A stretch of DNA of 64,000 bases. Source: Auanema rhodensis. Its lineage: Eukaryota > Animalia > Nematoda. The position numbers and the translations under genes were made by a program. Location: the NCBI GenBank assembly GCA_964057225.1, contig OZ059895.1, positions 23,498,001 through 23,562,000 on the forward strand, given 5' to 3'. Every line of letters starts with the position of its first letter. The first letter of the stretch is position 1. Of the stretch, positions 38,201 through 52,300 are shown in pieces. Below the pieces are notes generated by a model. The model had not been told where the DNA came from and did not search any database. It was given only the letters and a program-made list of their open reading frames with translations.

Positions 38201-41200
38201 TTTTAAGCTAGCGCAAATCTGATAACACAGATCGACGCAGCTTAAAAATCCGCATCGAATGCACTATACTACATGGAGAAACGCTTAATACAAAAATTAG
38301 TTATGATCGTTTGAAAAATGATGCATTAGTGTATGTTGAGTTTCCATGTACACTCAACATTGCTTCCAAAAACATTTTGACAAAAATTTTTTCGAAAAAT
38401 TTCAAAACAATTTAGCAAAAAGTAGATGTTTTTAGATTCCTTTTTTCAAGACAAAGACGATGGACAATGTTATTCAACGAAAAAATTAATTCTTCAGGGT
38501 GAAAATCGAGGATATAAGTGTGAACATATATCAGTTGATATCTCGGTGCATTTTTAAGCTAGCGCAAATCTGATAACACAGATCGACGCAGCTTAAAAAT
38601 CCGCATCGAATGCACTATATTACATTGAGAAACGCTTAATACAAAAATTAAATATGATCGTTTGAAAAATGATGCATTAGTGTATGTTGAGTTTCCATGT
38701 ACACTCAACATTGCTTCCAAAAACATTTTGACAAAAATTTTTTCGAAAAATTTCAAAATAATTTAGCGAAAAGTAGATGTTTTTAGATTCCTTTTTTCAA
38801 GGCAAAGACGATGGACATTGTTATTCAACGAAAAAATTAATTCTTCAGGGTGAAAATCGAGGATATAAGTGTGAACATATATCAGTTGATATCTCGGTGC
38901 ATTTTTAAGCTAGCGCAAATCTGATAACACAGATCGACGCAGCTTAAAAATCCGCATCGAATGCACTATACTACATTGAGAAACGCTTAATACAAAAATT
39001 AGTTATGATCGTTTGAAAAATGATGCATTAGTGTATGTTGAGTTTCCATGTACACTCAACATTGCTTCCAAAAACATTTTGACAAAAATTTTTTCGAAAA
39101 ATTTCAAAATAATTTAGCAAAAAGTAGATGTTTTTAGATTCTTTTTTTCAAGGCAAAGACGATGGACATTGTTATTCAACGAAAAAATTAATTCTTCAGG
39201 GTGAAAATCGAGGATATAAGTGTGAACTTATATCAGTTGATATCTCGGTGCATTTTTAAGCTAGCGCAAATCTGATAACACAGATCGACGCAGCTTAAAA
39301 ATCCGCATCGAATGCACTATACTACATGGAGAAACGCTTAATACAAAAATTAGTTATGATCGTTTGAAAAATGATGCATTAGTGTATGTTGAGTTTCCAT
39401 GTACACTCAACATTGCTTCCAAAAACATTTTGACAAAAATTTTTTCGAAAAATTTCAAAATAATTTAGCAAAAAGTAGATGTTTTTAGATTCCTTTTTTC
39501 AAGGCAAAGACGATGGACAATGTTATTCAACGAAAAAATTAATTCTTCAGGGTGAAAATCGAGGATATAAGTGTGAACTTATATCAGTTGATATCTCGGT
39601 GCATTTTTAAGCTAGCGCAAATCTGATAACACAGATCGACGCAGCTTAAAAATCCGCATCGAATGCACTATACTACATGGAGAAACGCTTAATACAAAAA
39701 TTAGTTATGATCGTTTGAAAAATGATGCATTAGTGTATGTTGAGTTTCCATGTACACTCAACATTGCTTCCAAAAACATTTTGACAAAAATTTTTTCGAA
39801 AAATTTCAAAATAATTTAGCAAAAAGTAGATGTTTTTAGATTCCTTTTTTCAAAGCAAAGACGATGGACAATGTTATTCAACGAAAAAATTAATTCTTCA
39901 GGGTGAAAATCGAGGATATAAGTGTGAACTTATATCAGTTGATATCTCGGTGCATTTTTAAGCTAGCGCAAATCTGATAACACAGATCGATGCAGCTTAA
40001 AAATCCGCATCGAATGCACTATACTACATTGAGAAACGCTTAATACAAAAATTAGTTATGATCGTTTGAAAAATGATGCATTAGTGTATGTTGAGTTTCC
40101 ATGTACACTCAACATTGCTTCCAAAAACATTTTGACAAAAATTTTTTCGAAAAATTTCAAAATAATTTAGCGAAAAGTAGATGTTTTTAGATTCCTTTTT
40201 TCAAGGCAAAGACGATGGACATTGTTATTCAACGAAAAAATTAATTCTTCAGGGTGAAAATCGAGGATATAAGTGTGAACATATATCAGTTGATATCTCG
40301 GTGCATTTTTAAGCTAGCGCAAATCTGATAACACAGATCGACGCAGCTTAAAAATCTGCATCGAATGCACTATACTACATTGAGAAACGCTTAATACAAA
40401 AATTAGTTATGATCGTTTGAAAAATGATGCATTAGTGTATGTTGAGTTTCCATGTACACTCAACATTGCTTCCAAAAACATTTTGACAAAAATTTTTTCG
40501 AAAAATTTCAAAATAATTTAGCAAAAAGTAGATGTTTTTAGATTCCTTTTTTCAAGGCAAAGACGATGGACAATGTTATTCAACGAAAAAATTAATTCTT
40601 CAGGGTGAAAATCGAGGATATAAGTGTGAACTTATATCAGTTGATATCTCGGTGCATTTTTAAGCTAGCGCAAATCTGATAACACAGATCGACGCAGCTT
40701 AAAAATCTGCATCGAATGCACTATACTACATTGAGAAACGCTTAATACAAAAATTAGTTATGATCGTTTGAAAAATGATGCATTAGTGTATGTTGAGTTT
40801 CCATGTACACTCAACATTGCTTCCAAAAACATTTTGACAAAAATTTTTTCGAAAAATTTCAAAATAATTTAGCAAAAAGTAGATGTTTTTAGATTCCTTT
40901 TTTCAAGGCAAAGACGATGGACAATGTTATTCAACGAAAAAATTAATTCTTCAGGGTGAAAATCGAGGATATAAGTGTGAACTTATATCAGTTGATATCT
41001 CGGTGCATTTTTAAGCTAGCGCAAATCTGATAACACAGATCGACGCAGCTTAAAAATCCGCATCGAATGCACTATACTACATGGAGAAACGCTTAATACA
41101 AAAATTAGTTATGATCGTTTGAAAAATGATGCATTAGTGTATGTTGAGTTTCCATGTACACTCAACATTGCTTCCAAAAACATTTTGACAAAAATTTTTT

Positions 41201-44200
41201 CGAAAAATTTCAAAATAATTTAGCAAAAAGTAGATGTTTTTAGATTTCTTTTTTCAAGGCAAAGACGATGGACATTGTTATTCAACGAAAAAATTAATTC
41301 TTCAGGGTGAAAATCGAGGATATAAGTGTGAACATATATCAGTTGATATCTCGGTGCATTTTTAAGCTAGCGCAAATCTGATAACACAGATCGACGCAGC
41401 TTAAAAATCTGCATCGAATGCACTATACTACATTGAGAAACGCTTAATACAAAAATTAGTTATGATCGTTTGAAAAATGATGCATTAGTGTATGTTGAGT
41501 TTCCATGTACACTCAACATTGCTTCCAAAAACATTTTGACAAAAATTTTTTCGAAAAATTTCAAAATAATTTAGCAAAAAGTAGATGTTTTTAGATTCCT
41601 TTTTTCAAGGCGAAGACGATGGACAATGTTATTCAACGAAAAAATTAATTCTTCAGGGTGAAAATCGAGGATATAAGTGTGAACTTATATCAGTTGATAT
41701 CTCGGTGCATTTTTAAGCTAGCGCAAATCTGATAACACAGATCGACGCAGCTTAAAAATCCGCATCGAATGCACTATACTACATGGAGAAACGCTTAATA
41801 CAAAAATTAGTTATGATCGTTTGAAAAATGATGCATTAGTGTATGTTGAGTTTCCATGTACACTCAACATTGCTTCCAAAAACATTTTGACAAAAATTTT
41901 TTCGAAAAATTTCAAAATAATTTAGCAAAAAGTAGATGTTTTTAGATTTCTTTTTTCAAGGCAAAGACGATGGACATTGTTATTCAACGAAAAAATTAAT
42001 TCTTCAGGGTGAAAATCGAGGATATAAGTGTGAACATATATCAGTTGATATCTCGGTGCATTTTTAAGCTAGCGCAAATCTGATAACACAGATCGACGCA
42101 GCTTAAAAATCTGCATCGAATGCACTATACTACATTGAGAAACGCTTAATACAAAAATTAGTTATGATCGTTTGAAAAATGATGCATTAGTGTATGTTGA
42201 GTTTCCATGTACACTCAACATTGCTTCCAAAAACATTTTGACAAAAATTTTTTCGAAAAATTTCAAAATAATTTAGCAAAAAGTAGATGTTTTTAGATTC
42301 CTTTTTTCAAGGCAAAGACGATGGACAATGTTATTCAACGAAAAAATTAATTCTTCAGGGTGAAAATCGAGGATATAAGTGTGAACTTATATCAGTTGAT
42401 ATCTCGGTGCATTTTTAAGCTAGCGCAAATCTGATAACACAGATCGACGCAGCTTAAAAATCTGCATCGAATGCACTATACTACATTGAGAAACGCTTAA
42501 TACAAAAATTAGTTATGATCGTTTGAAAAATGATGCATTAGTGTATGTTGAGTTTCCATGTACACTCAACATTGCTTCCAAAAACATTTTGACAAAAATT
42601 TTTTCGAAAAATTTCAAAATAATTTAGCAAAAAGTAGATGTTTTTAGATTTCTTTTTTCAAGGCAAAGACGATGGACATTGTTATTCAACGAAAAAATTA
42701 ATTCTTCAGGGTGAAAATCGAGGATATAAGTGTGAACTTATATCAGTTGATATCTCGGTGCATTTTTAAGCTAGCGCAAATCTGATAACACAGATCGACG
42801 CAGCTTAAAAATCCGCATCGAATGCACTATACTACATGGAGAAACGCTTAATACAAAAATTAGTTATGATCGTTTGAAAAATGATGCATTAGTGTATGTT
42901 GAGTTTCCATGTACACTCAACATTGCTTCCAAAAACATTTTGACAAAAATTTTTTCGAAAAATTTCAAAATAATTTAGCAAAAAGTAGATGTTTTTAGAT
43001 TCCTTTTTTCAAGGCAAAGACGATGGACAATGTTATTCAACGAAAAAATTAATTCTTCAGGGTGAAAATCGAGGATATAAGTGTGAACTTATATCAGTTG
43101 ATATCTCGGTGCATTTTTAAGCTAGCGCAAATCTGATAACACAGATCGACGCAGCTTAAAAATCCGCATCGAATGCACTATACTACATGGAGAAACGCTT
43201 AATACAAAAATTAGTTATGATCGTTTGAAAAATGATGCATTAGTGTATGTTGAGTTTCCATGTACACTCAACATTGCTTCCAAAAACATTTTGACAAAAA
43301 TTTTTTCGAAAAATTTCAAAATAATTTAGCAAAAAGTAGATGTTTTTAGATTCCTTTTTTCAAGGCAAAGACGATGGACAATGTTATTCAACGAAAAAAT
43401 TAATTCTTCAGGGTGAAAATCGAGGATATAAGTGTGAACTTATATCAGTTGATATCTCGGTGCATTTTTAAGCTAGCGCAAATCTGATAACACAGATCGA
43501 CGCAGCTTAAAAATCCGCATCGAATGCACTATACTACATGGAGAAACGCTTAATACAAAAATTAGTTATGATCGTTTGAAAAATGATGCATTAGTGTATG
43601 TTGAGTTTCCATGTACACTCAACATTGCTTCCAAAAACATTTTGACAAAAATTTTTTCGAAAAATTTCAAAATAATTTAGCAAAAAGTAGATGTTTTTAG
43701 ATTTCTTTTTTCAAGGCAAAGACGATGGACATTGTTATTCAACGAAAAAATTAATTCTTCAGGGTGAAAATCGAGGATATAAGTGTGAACATATATCAGT
43801 TGATATCTCGGTGCATTTTTAAGCTAGCGCAAATCTGATAACACAGATCGACGCAGCTTAAAAATCTGCATCGAATGCACTATACTACATTGAGAAACGC
43901 TTAATACAAAAATTAGTTATGATCGTTTGAAAAATGATGCATTAGTGTATGTTGAGTTTCCATGTACACTCAACATTGCTTCCAAAAACATTTTGACAAA
44001 AATTTTTTCGAAAAATTTCAAAATAATTTAGCAAAAAGTAGATGTTTTTAGATTCCTTTTTTCAAGGCAAAGACGATGGACAATGTTATTCAACGAAAAA
44101 ATTAATTCTTCAGGGTGAAAATCGAGGATATAAGTGTGAACTTATATCAGTTGATATCTCGGTGCATTTTTAAGCTAGCGCAAATCTGATAACACAGATC

Positions 44201-45479
44201 GACGCAGCTTAAAAATTCGCATCGAATGCACTATACTACATGGAGAAACGCTTAATACAAAAATTAGTTATGATCGTTTGAAAAATGATGCATTAGTGTA
44301 TGTTGAGTTTCCATGTACACTCAACATTGCTTCCAAAAACATTTTGACAAAAATTTTTTCGAAAAATTTCAAAATAATTTAGCAAAAAGTAGATGTTTTT
44401 AGATTTCTTTTTTCAAGGCAAAGACGATGGACATTGTTATTCAACGAAAAAATTAATTCTTCAGGGTGAAAATCGAGGATATAAGTGTGAACATATATCA
44501 GTTGATATCTCGGTGCATTTTTAAGCTAGCGCAAATCTGATAACACAGATCGACGCAGCTTAAAAATCTGCATCGAATGCACTATACTACATTGAGAAAC
44601 GCTTAATACAAAAATTAGTTATGATCGTTTGAAAAATGATGCATTAGTGTATGTTGAGTTTCCATGTACACTCAACATTGCTTCCAAAAACATTTTGACA
44701 AAAATTTTTTCGAAAAATTTCAAAATAATTTAGCAAAAAGTAGATGTTTTTAGATTCCTTTTTTCAAGGCAAAGACGATGGACAATGTTATTCAACGAAA
44801 AAATTAATTCTTCAGGGTGAAAATCGAGGATATAAGTGTGAACTTATATCAGTTGATATCTCGGTGCATTTTTAAGCTAGCGCAAATCTGATAACACAGA
44901 TCGACGCAGCTTAAAAATCTGCATCGAATGCACTATACTACATTGAGAAACGCTTAATACAAAAATTAGTTATGATCGTTTGAAAAATGATGCATTAGTG
45001 TATGTTGAGTTTCCATGTACACTCAACATTGCTTCCAAAAACATTTTGACAAAAATTTTTTCGAAAAATTTCAAAATAATTTAGCAAAAAGTAGATGTTT
45101 TTAGATTTCTTTTTTCAAGGCAAAGACGATGGACATTGTTATTCAACGAAAAAATTAATTCTTCAGGGTGAAAATCGAGGATATAAGTGTGAACTTATAT
45201 CAGTTGATATCTCGGTGCATTTTTAAGCTAGCGCAAATCAGATAACACAGATCGACGCAGCTTAAAAATCCGCATCGAATGCACTATACTACATGGAGAA
45301 ACGCTTAATACAAAAATTAGTTATGATCGTTTGAAAAATGATGCATTAGTGTATGTTGAGTTTCCATGTACACTCAACATTGCTTCCAAAAACATTTTGA
45401 CAAAAATTTTTTCGAAAAATTTCGAAATAATTTAGCAAAAAGTAGATGTTTTTAGATTCCTTTTTTCAAGGCAAAGACG

Positions 45480-48400
45480 ATGGACATTGTTATTCAACGA
45501 AAAAATTAATTCTTCAGGGTGAAAATCGAGGATATAAGTGTGAACATATATCAGTTGATATCTCGGTGCATTTTTAAGCTAGCGCAAATCTGATAACACA
45601 GATCGACGCAGCTTAAAAATCCGCATCGAATGCACTATATTACATTGAGAAACGCTTAATACAAAAATTAGTTATGATCGTTTGAAAAATGATGCATTAG
45701 TGTATGTTGAGTTTCCATGTACACTCAACATTGCTTCCAAAAACATTGACAAAAATTTTTTCGAAAAATTTCAAAATAATTTAGCAAAAAGTAGATGTTT
45801 TTAGATTCCTTTTTTCAAGGCAAAGACGATGGACAATGTTATTCAACGAAAAAATTAATTCTTCAGGGTGAAAATCGAGGATATAAGTGTGAACTTATAT
45901 CAGTTGATATCTCGGTGCATTTTTAAGCTAGCGCAAATCTGATAACACAGATCGACGCAGCTTAAAAATCCGCATCGAATGCACTATACTACATGGAGAA
46001 ACGCTTAATACAAAAATTAGTTATGATCGTTTGAAAAATGATGCATTAGTGTATGTTGAGTTTCCATGTACACTCAACATTGCTTCCAAAAACATTTTGA
46101 CAAAAATTTTTTCGAAAAATTTCAAAATAATTTAGCAAAAAGTAGATGTTTTTAGATTTCTTTTTTCAAGGCAAAGACGATGGACATTGTTATTCAACGA
46201 AAAAATTAATTCTTCAGGGTGAAAATCGAGGATATAAGTGTGAACTTATATCAGTTGATATCTCGGTGCATTTTTAAGCTAGCGCAAATCTGATAACACA
46301 GATCGACGCAGCTTAAAAATCCGCATCGAATGCACTATACTACATGGAGAAACGCTTAATACAAAAATTAGTTATGATCGTTTGAAAAATGATGCATTAG
46401 TGTATGTTGAGTTTCCATGTACACTCAACATTGCTTCCAAAAACATTTTGACAAAAATTTTTTCGAAAAATTTCAAAATAATTTAGCAAAAAGTAGATGT
46501 TTTTAGATTTCTTTTTTCAAGGCAAAGACGATGGACATTGTTATTCAACGAAAAAATTAATTCTTCAGGGTGAAAATCGAGGATATAAGTGTGAACTTAT
46601 ATCAGTTGATATCTCGGTGCATTTTTAAGCTAGCGCAAATCTGATAACACAGATCGACGCAGCTTAAAAATCCGCATCGAATGCACTATACTACATGGAG
46701 AAACGCTTAATACAAAAATTAGTTATGATCGTTTGAAAAATGATGCATTAGTGTATGTTGAGTTTCCATGTACACTCAACATTGCTTCCAAAAACATTTT
46801 GACAAAAATTTTTTCGAAAAATTTCAAAATAATTTAGCAAAAAGTAGATGTTTTTAGATTTCTTTTTTCAAGGCAAAGACGATGGACATTGTTATTCAAC
46901 GAAAAAATTAATTCTTCAGGGTGAAAATCGAGGATATAAGTGTGAACTTATATCAGTTGATATCTCGGTGCATTTTTAAGCTAGCGCAAATCTGATAACA
47001 CAGATCGACGCAGCTTAAAAATCCGCATCGAATGCACTATACTACATGGAGAAACGCTTGATACAAAAATTAGTTATGATCGTTTGAAAAATGATGCATT
47101 AGTGTATGTTGAGTTTCCATGTACACTCAACATTGCTTCCAAAAACATTTTGACAAAAATTTTTTCGAAAAATTTCGAAATAATTTAGCAAAAAGTAGAT
47201 GTTTTTAGATTCCTTTTTTCAAGGCAAAGACGATGGACAATGTTATTCAACGAAAAAATTAATTCTTCAGGGTGAAAATCGAGGATATAAGTGTGAACTT
47301 ATATCAGTTGATATCTCGGTGCATTTTTAAGCTAGCGCAAATCTGATAACACAGATCGACGCAGCTTAAAAATCCGCATCGAATGCACTATACTACATGG
47401 AGAAACGCTTAATACAAAAATTAGTTATGATCGTTTGAAAAATGATGCATTAGTGTATGTTGAGTTTCCATGTACACTCAACATTGCTTCCAAAAACATT
47501 TTGACAAAAATTTTTTCGAAAAATTTCAAAATAATTTAGCAAAAAGTAGATGTTTTTAGATTCCTTTTTTCAAGGCAAAGACGATGGACAATGTTATTCA
47601 ACGAAAAAATTAATTCTTCAGGGTGAAAATCGAGGATATAAGTGTGAACTTATATCAGTTGATATCTCGGTGCATTTTTAAGCTAGCGCAAATCTGATAA
47701 CACAGATCGACGCAGCTTAAAAATCTGCATCGAATGCACTATACTACATTGAGAAACGCTTAATACAAAAATTAGTTATGATCGTTTGAAAAATGATGCA
47801 TTAGTGTATGTTGAGTTTCCATGTACACTCAACATTGCTTCCAAAAACATTTTGACAAAAATTTTTTCGAAAAATTTCAAAATAATTTAGCAAAAAGTAG
47901 ATGTTTTTAGATTTCTTTTTTCAAGGCAAAGACGATGGACATTGTTATTCAACGAAAAAATTAATTCTTCAGGGTGAAAATCGAGGATATAAGTGTGAAC
48001 ATATATCAGTTGATATCTCGGTGCATTTTTAAGCTAGCGCAAATCTGATAACACAGATCGACGCAGCTTAAAAATCCGCATCGAATGCACTATATTACAT
48101 TGAGAAACGCTTAATACAAAAATTAGTTATGATCGTTTGAAAAATGATGCATTAGTGTATGTTGAGTTTCCATGTACACTCAACATTGCTTCCAAAAACA
48201 TTGACAAAAATTTTTTCGAAAAATTTCAAAATAATTTAGCAAAAAGTAGATGTTTTTAGATTCCTTTTTTCAAGGCAAAGACGATGGACAATGTTATTCA
48301 ACGAAAAAATTAATTCTTCAGGGTGAAAATCGAGGATATAAGTGTGAACTTATATCAGTTGATATCTCGGTGCATTTTTAAGCTAGCGCAAATCTGATAA

Positions 48401-49315
48401 CACAGATCGACGCAGCTTAAAAATCCGCATCGAATGCACTATACTACATGGAGAAACGCTTAATACAAAAATTAGTTATGATCGTTTGAAAAATGATGCA
48501 TTAGTGTATGTTGAGTTTCCATGTACACTCAACATTGCTTCCAAAAACATTTTGACAAAAATTTTTTCGAAAAATTTCAAAATAATTTAGCAAAAAGTAG
48601 ATGTTTTTAGATTTCTTTTTTCAAGGCAAAGACGATGGACATTGTTATTCAACGAAAAAATTAATTCTTCAGGGTGAAAATCGAGGATATAAGTGTGAAC
48701 TTATATCAGTTGATATCTCGGTGCATTTTTAAGCTAGCGCAAATCTGATAACACAGATCGACGCAGCTTAAAAATCCGCATCGAATGCACTATACTACAT
48801 GGAGAAACGCTTAATACAAAAATTAGTTATGATCGTTTGAAAAATGATGCATTAGTGTATGTTGAGTTTCCATGTACACTCAACATTGCTTCCAAAAACA
48901 TTTTGACAAAAATTTTTTCGAAAAATTTCAAAATAATTTAGCAAAAAGTAGATGTTTTTAGATTTCTTTTTTCAAGGCAAAGACGATGGACATTGTTATT
49001 CAACGAAAAAATTAATTCTTCAGGGTGAAAATCGAGGATATAAGTGTGAACTTATATCAGTTGATATCTCGGTGCATTTTTAAGCTAGCGCAAATCTGAT
49101 AACACAGATCGACGCAGCTTAAAAATCCGCATCGAATGCACTATACTACATGGAGAAACGCTTAATACAAAAATTAGTTATGATCGTTTGAAAAATGATG
49201 CATTAGTGTATGTTGAGTTTCCATGTACACTCAACATTGCTTCCAAAAACATTTTGACAAAAATTTTTTCGAAAAATTTCAAAATAATTTAGCAAAAAGT
49301 AGATGTTTTTAGATT
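45480..49315 (-). repeat. Duplication at 7-monomer spacing marked by a 2-bp-deletion monomer
   Basis: ACATTGAC (vs ACATTTTGAC) plus CTATATTAC occur at ~45746 and ~48201, offset 2455 = 7x351-2. The following ~3 monomers match. Confidence 0.8.
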
Positions 49316-52300
49316 CCTTTTTTCAAGGCAAAGACGATGGACAATGTTATTCAACGAAAAAATTAATTCTTCAGGGTGAAAATCGAGGATATAAGTGTGA
49401 ACTTATATCAGTTGATATCTCGGTGCATTTTTAAGCTAGCGCAAATCTGATAACACAGATCGACGCAGCTTAAAAATCCGCATCGAATGCACTATACTAC
49501 ATGGAGAAACGCTTAATACAAAAATTAGTTATGATCGTTTGAAAAATGATGCATTAGTGTATGTTGAGTTTCCATGTACACTCAACATTGCTTCCAAAAA
49601 CATTTTGACAAAAATTTTTTCGAAAAATTTCAAAATAATTTAGCAAAAAGTAGATGTTTTTAGATTCCTTTTTTCAAGGCAAAGACGATGGACATTGTTA
49701 TTCAACGAAAAAATTAATTCTTCAGGGTGAAAATCGAGGATATAAGTGTGAACTTATATCAGTTGATATCTCGGTGCATTTTTAAGCTAGCGCAAATCTG
49801 ATAACACAGATCGACGCAGCTTAAAAATCCGCATCGAATGCACTATACTACATGGAGAAACGCTTAATACAAAAATTAGTTATGATCGTTTGAAAAATGA
49901 TGCATTAGTGTATGTTGAGTTTCCATGTACACTCAACATTGCTTCCAAAAACATTTTGACAAAAATTTTTTCGAAAAATTTCGAAATAATTTAGCAAAAA
50001 GTAGATGTTTTTAGATTCCTTTTTTCAAGGCAAAGACGATGGACATTGTTATTCAACGAAAAAATTAATTCTTCAGGGTGAAAATCGAGGATATAAGTGT
50101 GAACATATATCAGTTGATATCTCGGTGCATTTTTAAGCTAGCGCAAATCTGATAACACAGATCGACGCAGCTTAAAAATCCGCATCGAATGCACTATACT
50201 ACATTGAGAAACGCTTAATACAAAAATTAGTTATGATCGTTTGAAAAATGATGCATTAGTGTATGTTGAGTTTCCATGTACACTCAACATTGCTTCCAAA
50301 AACATTTTGACAAAAATTTTTTCGAAAAATTTCAAAATAATTTAGCAAAAAGTAGATGTTTTTAGATTCTTTTTTTCAAGGCAAAGACGATGGACATTGT
50401 TATTCAACGAAAAAATTAATTCTTCAGGGTGAAAATCGAGGATATAAGTGTGAACTTATATCAGTTGATATCTCGGTGCATTTTTAAGCTAGCGCAAATC
50501 TGATAACACAGATCGACGCAGCTTAAAAATCCGCATCGAATGCACTATACTACGTTGAGAAACGCTTAATACAAAAATTAGTTATGATCGTTTGAAAAAT
50601 GATGCATTAGTGTATGTTGAGTTTCCATGTACACTCAACATTGCTTCCAAAAACATTTTGACAAAAATTTTTTCGAAAAATTTCAAAATAATTTAGCAAA
50701 AAGTAGATGTTTTTAGATTCTTTTTTTCAAGGCAAAGACGATGGACATTGTTATTCAACGAAAAAATTAATTCTTCAGGGTGAAAATCGAGGATATAAGT
50801 GTGAACTTATATCAGTTGATATCTCGGTGCATTTTTAAGCTAGCGCAAATCTGATAACACAGATCGACGCAGCTTAAAAATCCGCATCGAATGCACTATA
50901 CTACATGGAGAAACGCTTAATACAAAAATTAGTTATGATCGTTTGAAAAATGATGCATTAGTGTATGTTGAGTTTCCATGTACACTCAACATTGCTTCCA
51001 AAAACATTTTGACAAAAATTTTTTCGAAAAATTTCAAAATAATTTAGCAAAAAGTAGATGTTTTTAGATTCCTTTTTTCAAGGCAAAGACGATGGACAAT
51101 GTTATTCAACGAAAAAATTAATTCTTCAGGGTGAAAATCGAGGATATAAGTGTGAACTTATATCAGTTGATATCTCGGTGCATTTTTAAGCTAGCGCAAA
51201 TCTGATAACACAGATCGACGCAGCTTAAAAATCCGCATCGAATGCACTATACTACATGGAGAAACGCTTGATACAAAAATTAGTTATGATCGTTTGAAAA
51301 ATGATGCATTAGTGTATGTTGAGTTTCCATGTACACTCAACATTGCTTCCAAAAACATTTTGACAAAAATTTTTTCGAAAAATTTCAAAATAATTTAGCG
51401 AAAAGTAGATGTTTTTAGATTCCTTTTTTCAAGGCAAAGACGATGGACATTGTTATTCAACGAAAAAATTAATTCTTCAGGGTGAAAATCGAGGATATAA
51501 GTGTGAACATATATCAGTTGATATCTCGGTGCATTTTTAAGTTAGCGCAAATCTGATAACACAGATCGACGCAGCTTAAAAATCTGCATCGAATGCACTA
51601 TACTACATTGAGAAACGCTTAATACAAAAATTAGTTATGATCGTTTGAAAAATGATGCATTAGTGTATGTTGAGTTTCCATGTACACTCAACATTGCTTC
51701 CAAAAACATTTTGACAAAAATTTTTTCGAAAAATTTCAAAATAATTTAGCAAAAAGTAGATGTTTTTAGATTCCTTTTTTCAAAGCAAAGACGATGGACA
51801 ATGTTATTCAACGAAAAAATTAATTCTTCAGGGTGAAAATCGAGGATATAAGTGTGAACTTATATCAGTTGATATCTCGGTGCATTTTTAAGCTAGCGCA
51901 AATCTGATAACACAGATCGACGCAGCTTAAAAATCTGCATCGAATGCACTATACTACATTGAGAAACGCTTAATACAAAAATTAGTTATGATCGTTTGAA
52001 AAATGATGCATTAGTGTATGTTGAGTTTCCATGTACACTCAACATTGCTTCCAAAAACATTTTGACAAAAATTTTTTCGAAAAATTTCAAAATAATTTAG
52101 CAAAAAGTAGATGTTTTTAGATTCCTTTTTTCAAGGCAAAGACGATGGACAATGTTATTCAACGAAAAAATTAATTCTTCAGGGTGAAAATCGAGGATAT
52201 AAGTGTGAACTTATATCAGTTGATATCTCGGTGCATTTTTAAGCTAGCGCAAATCTGATAACACAGATCGACGCAGCTTAAAAATCCGCATCGAATGCAC

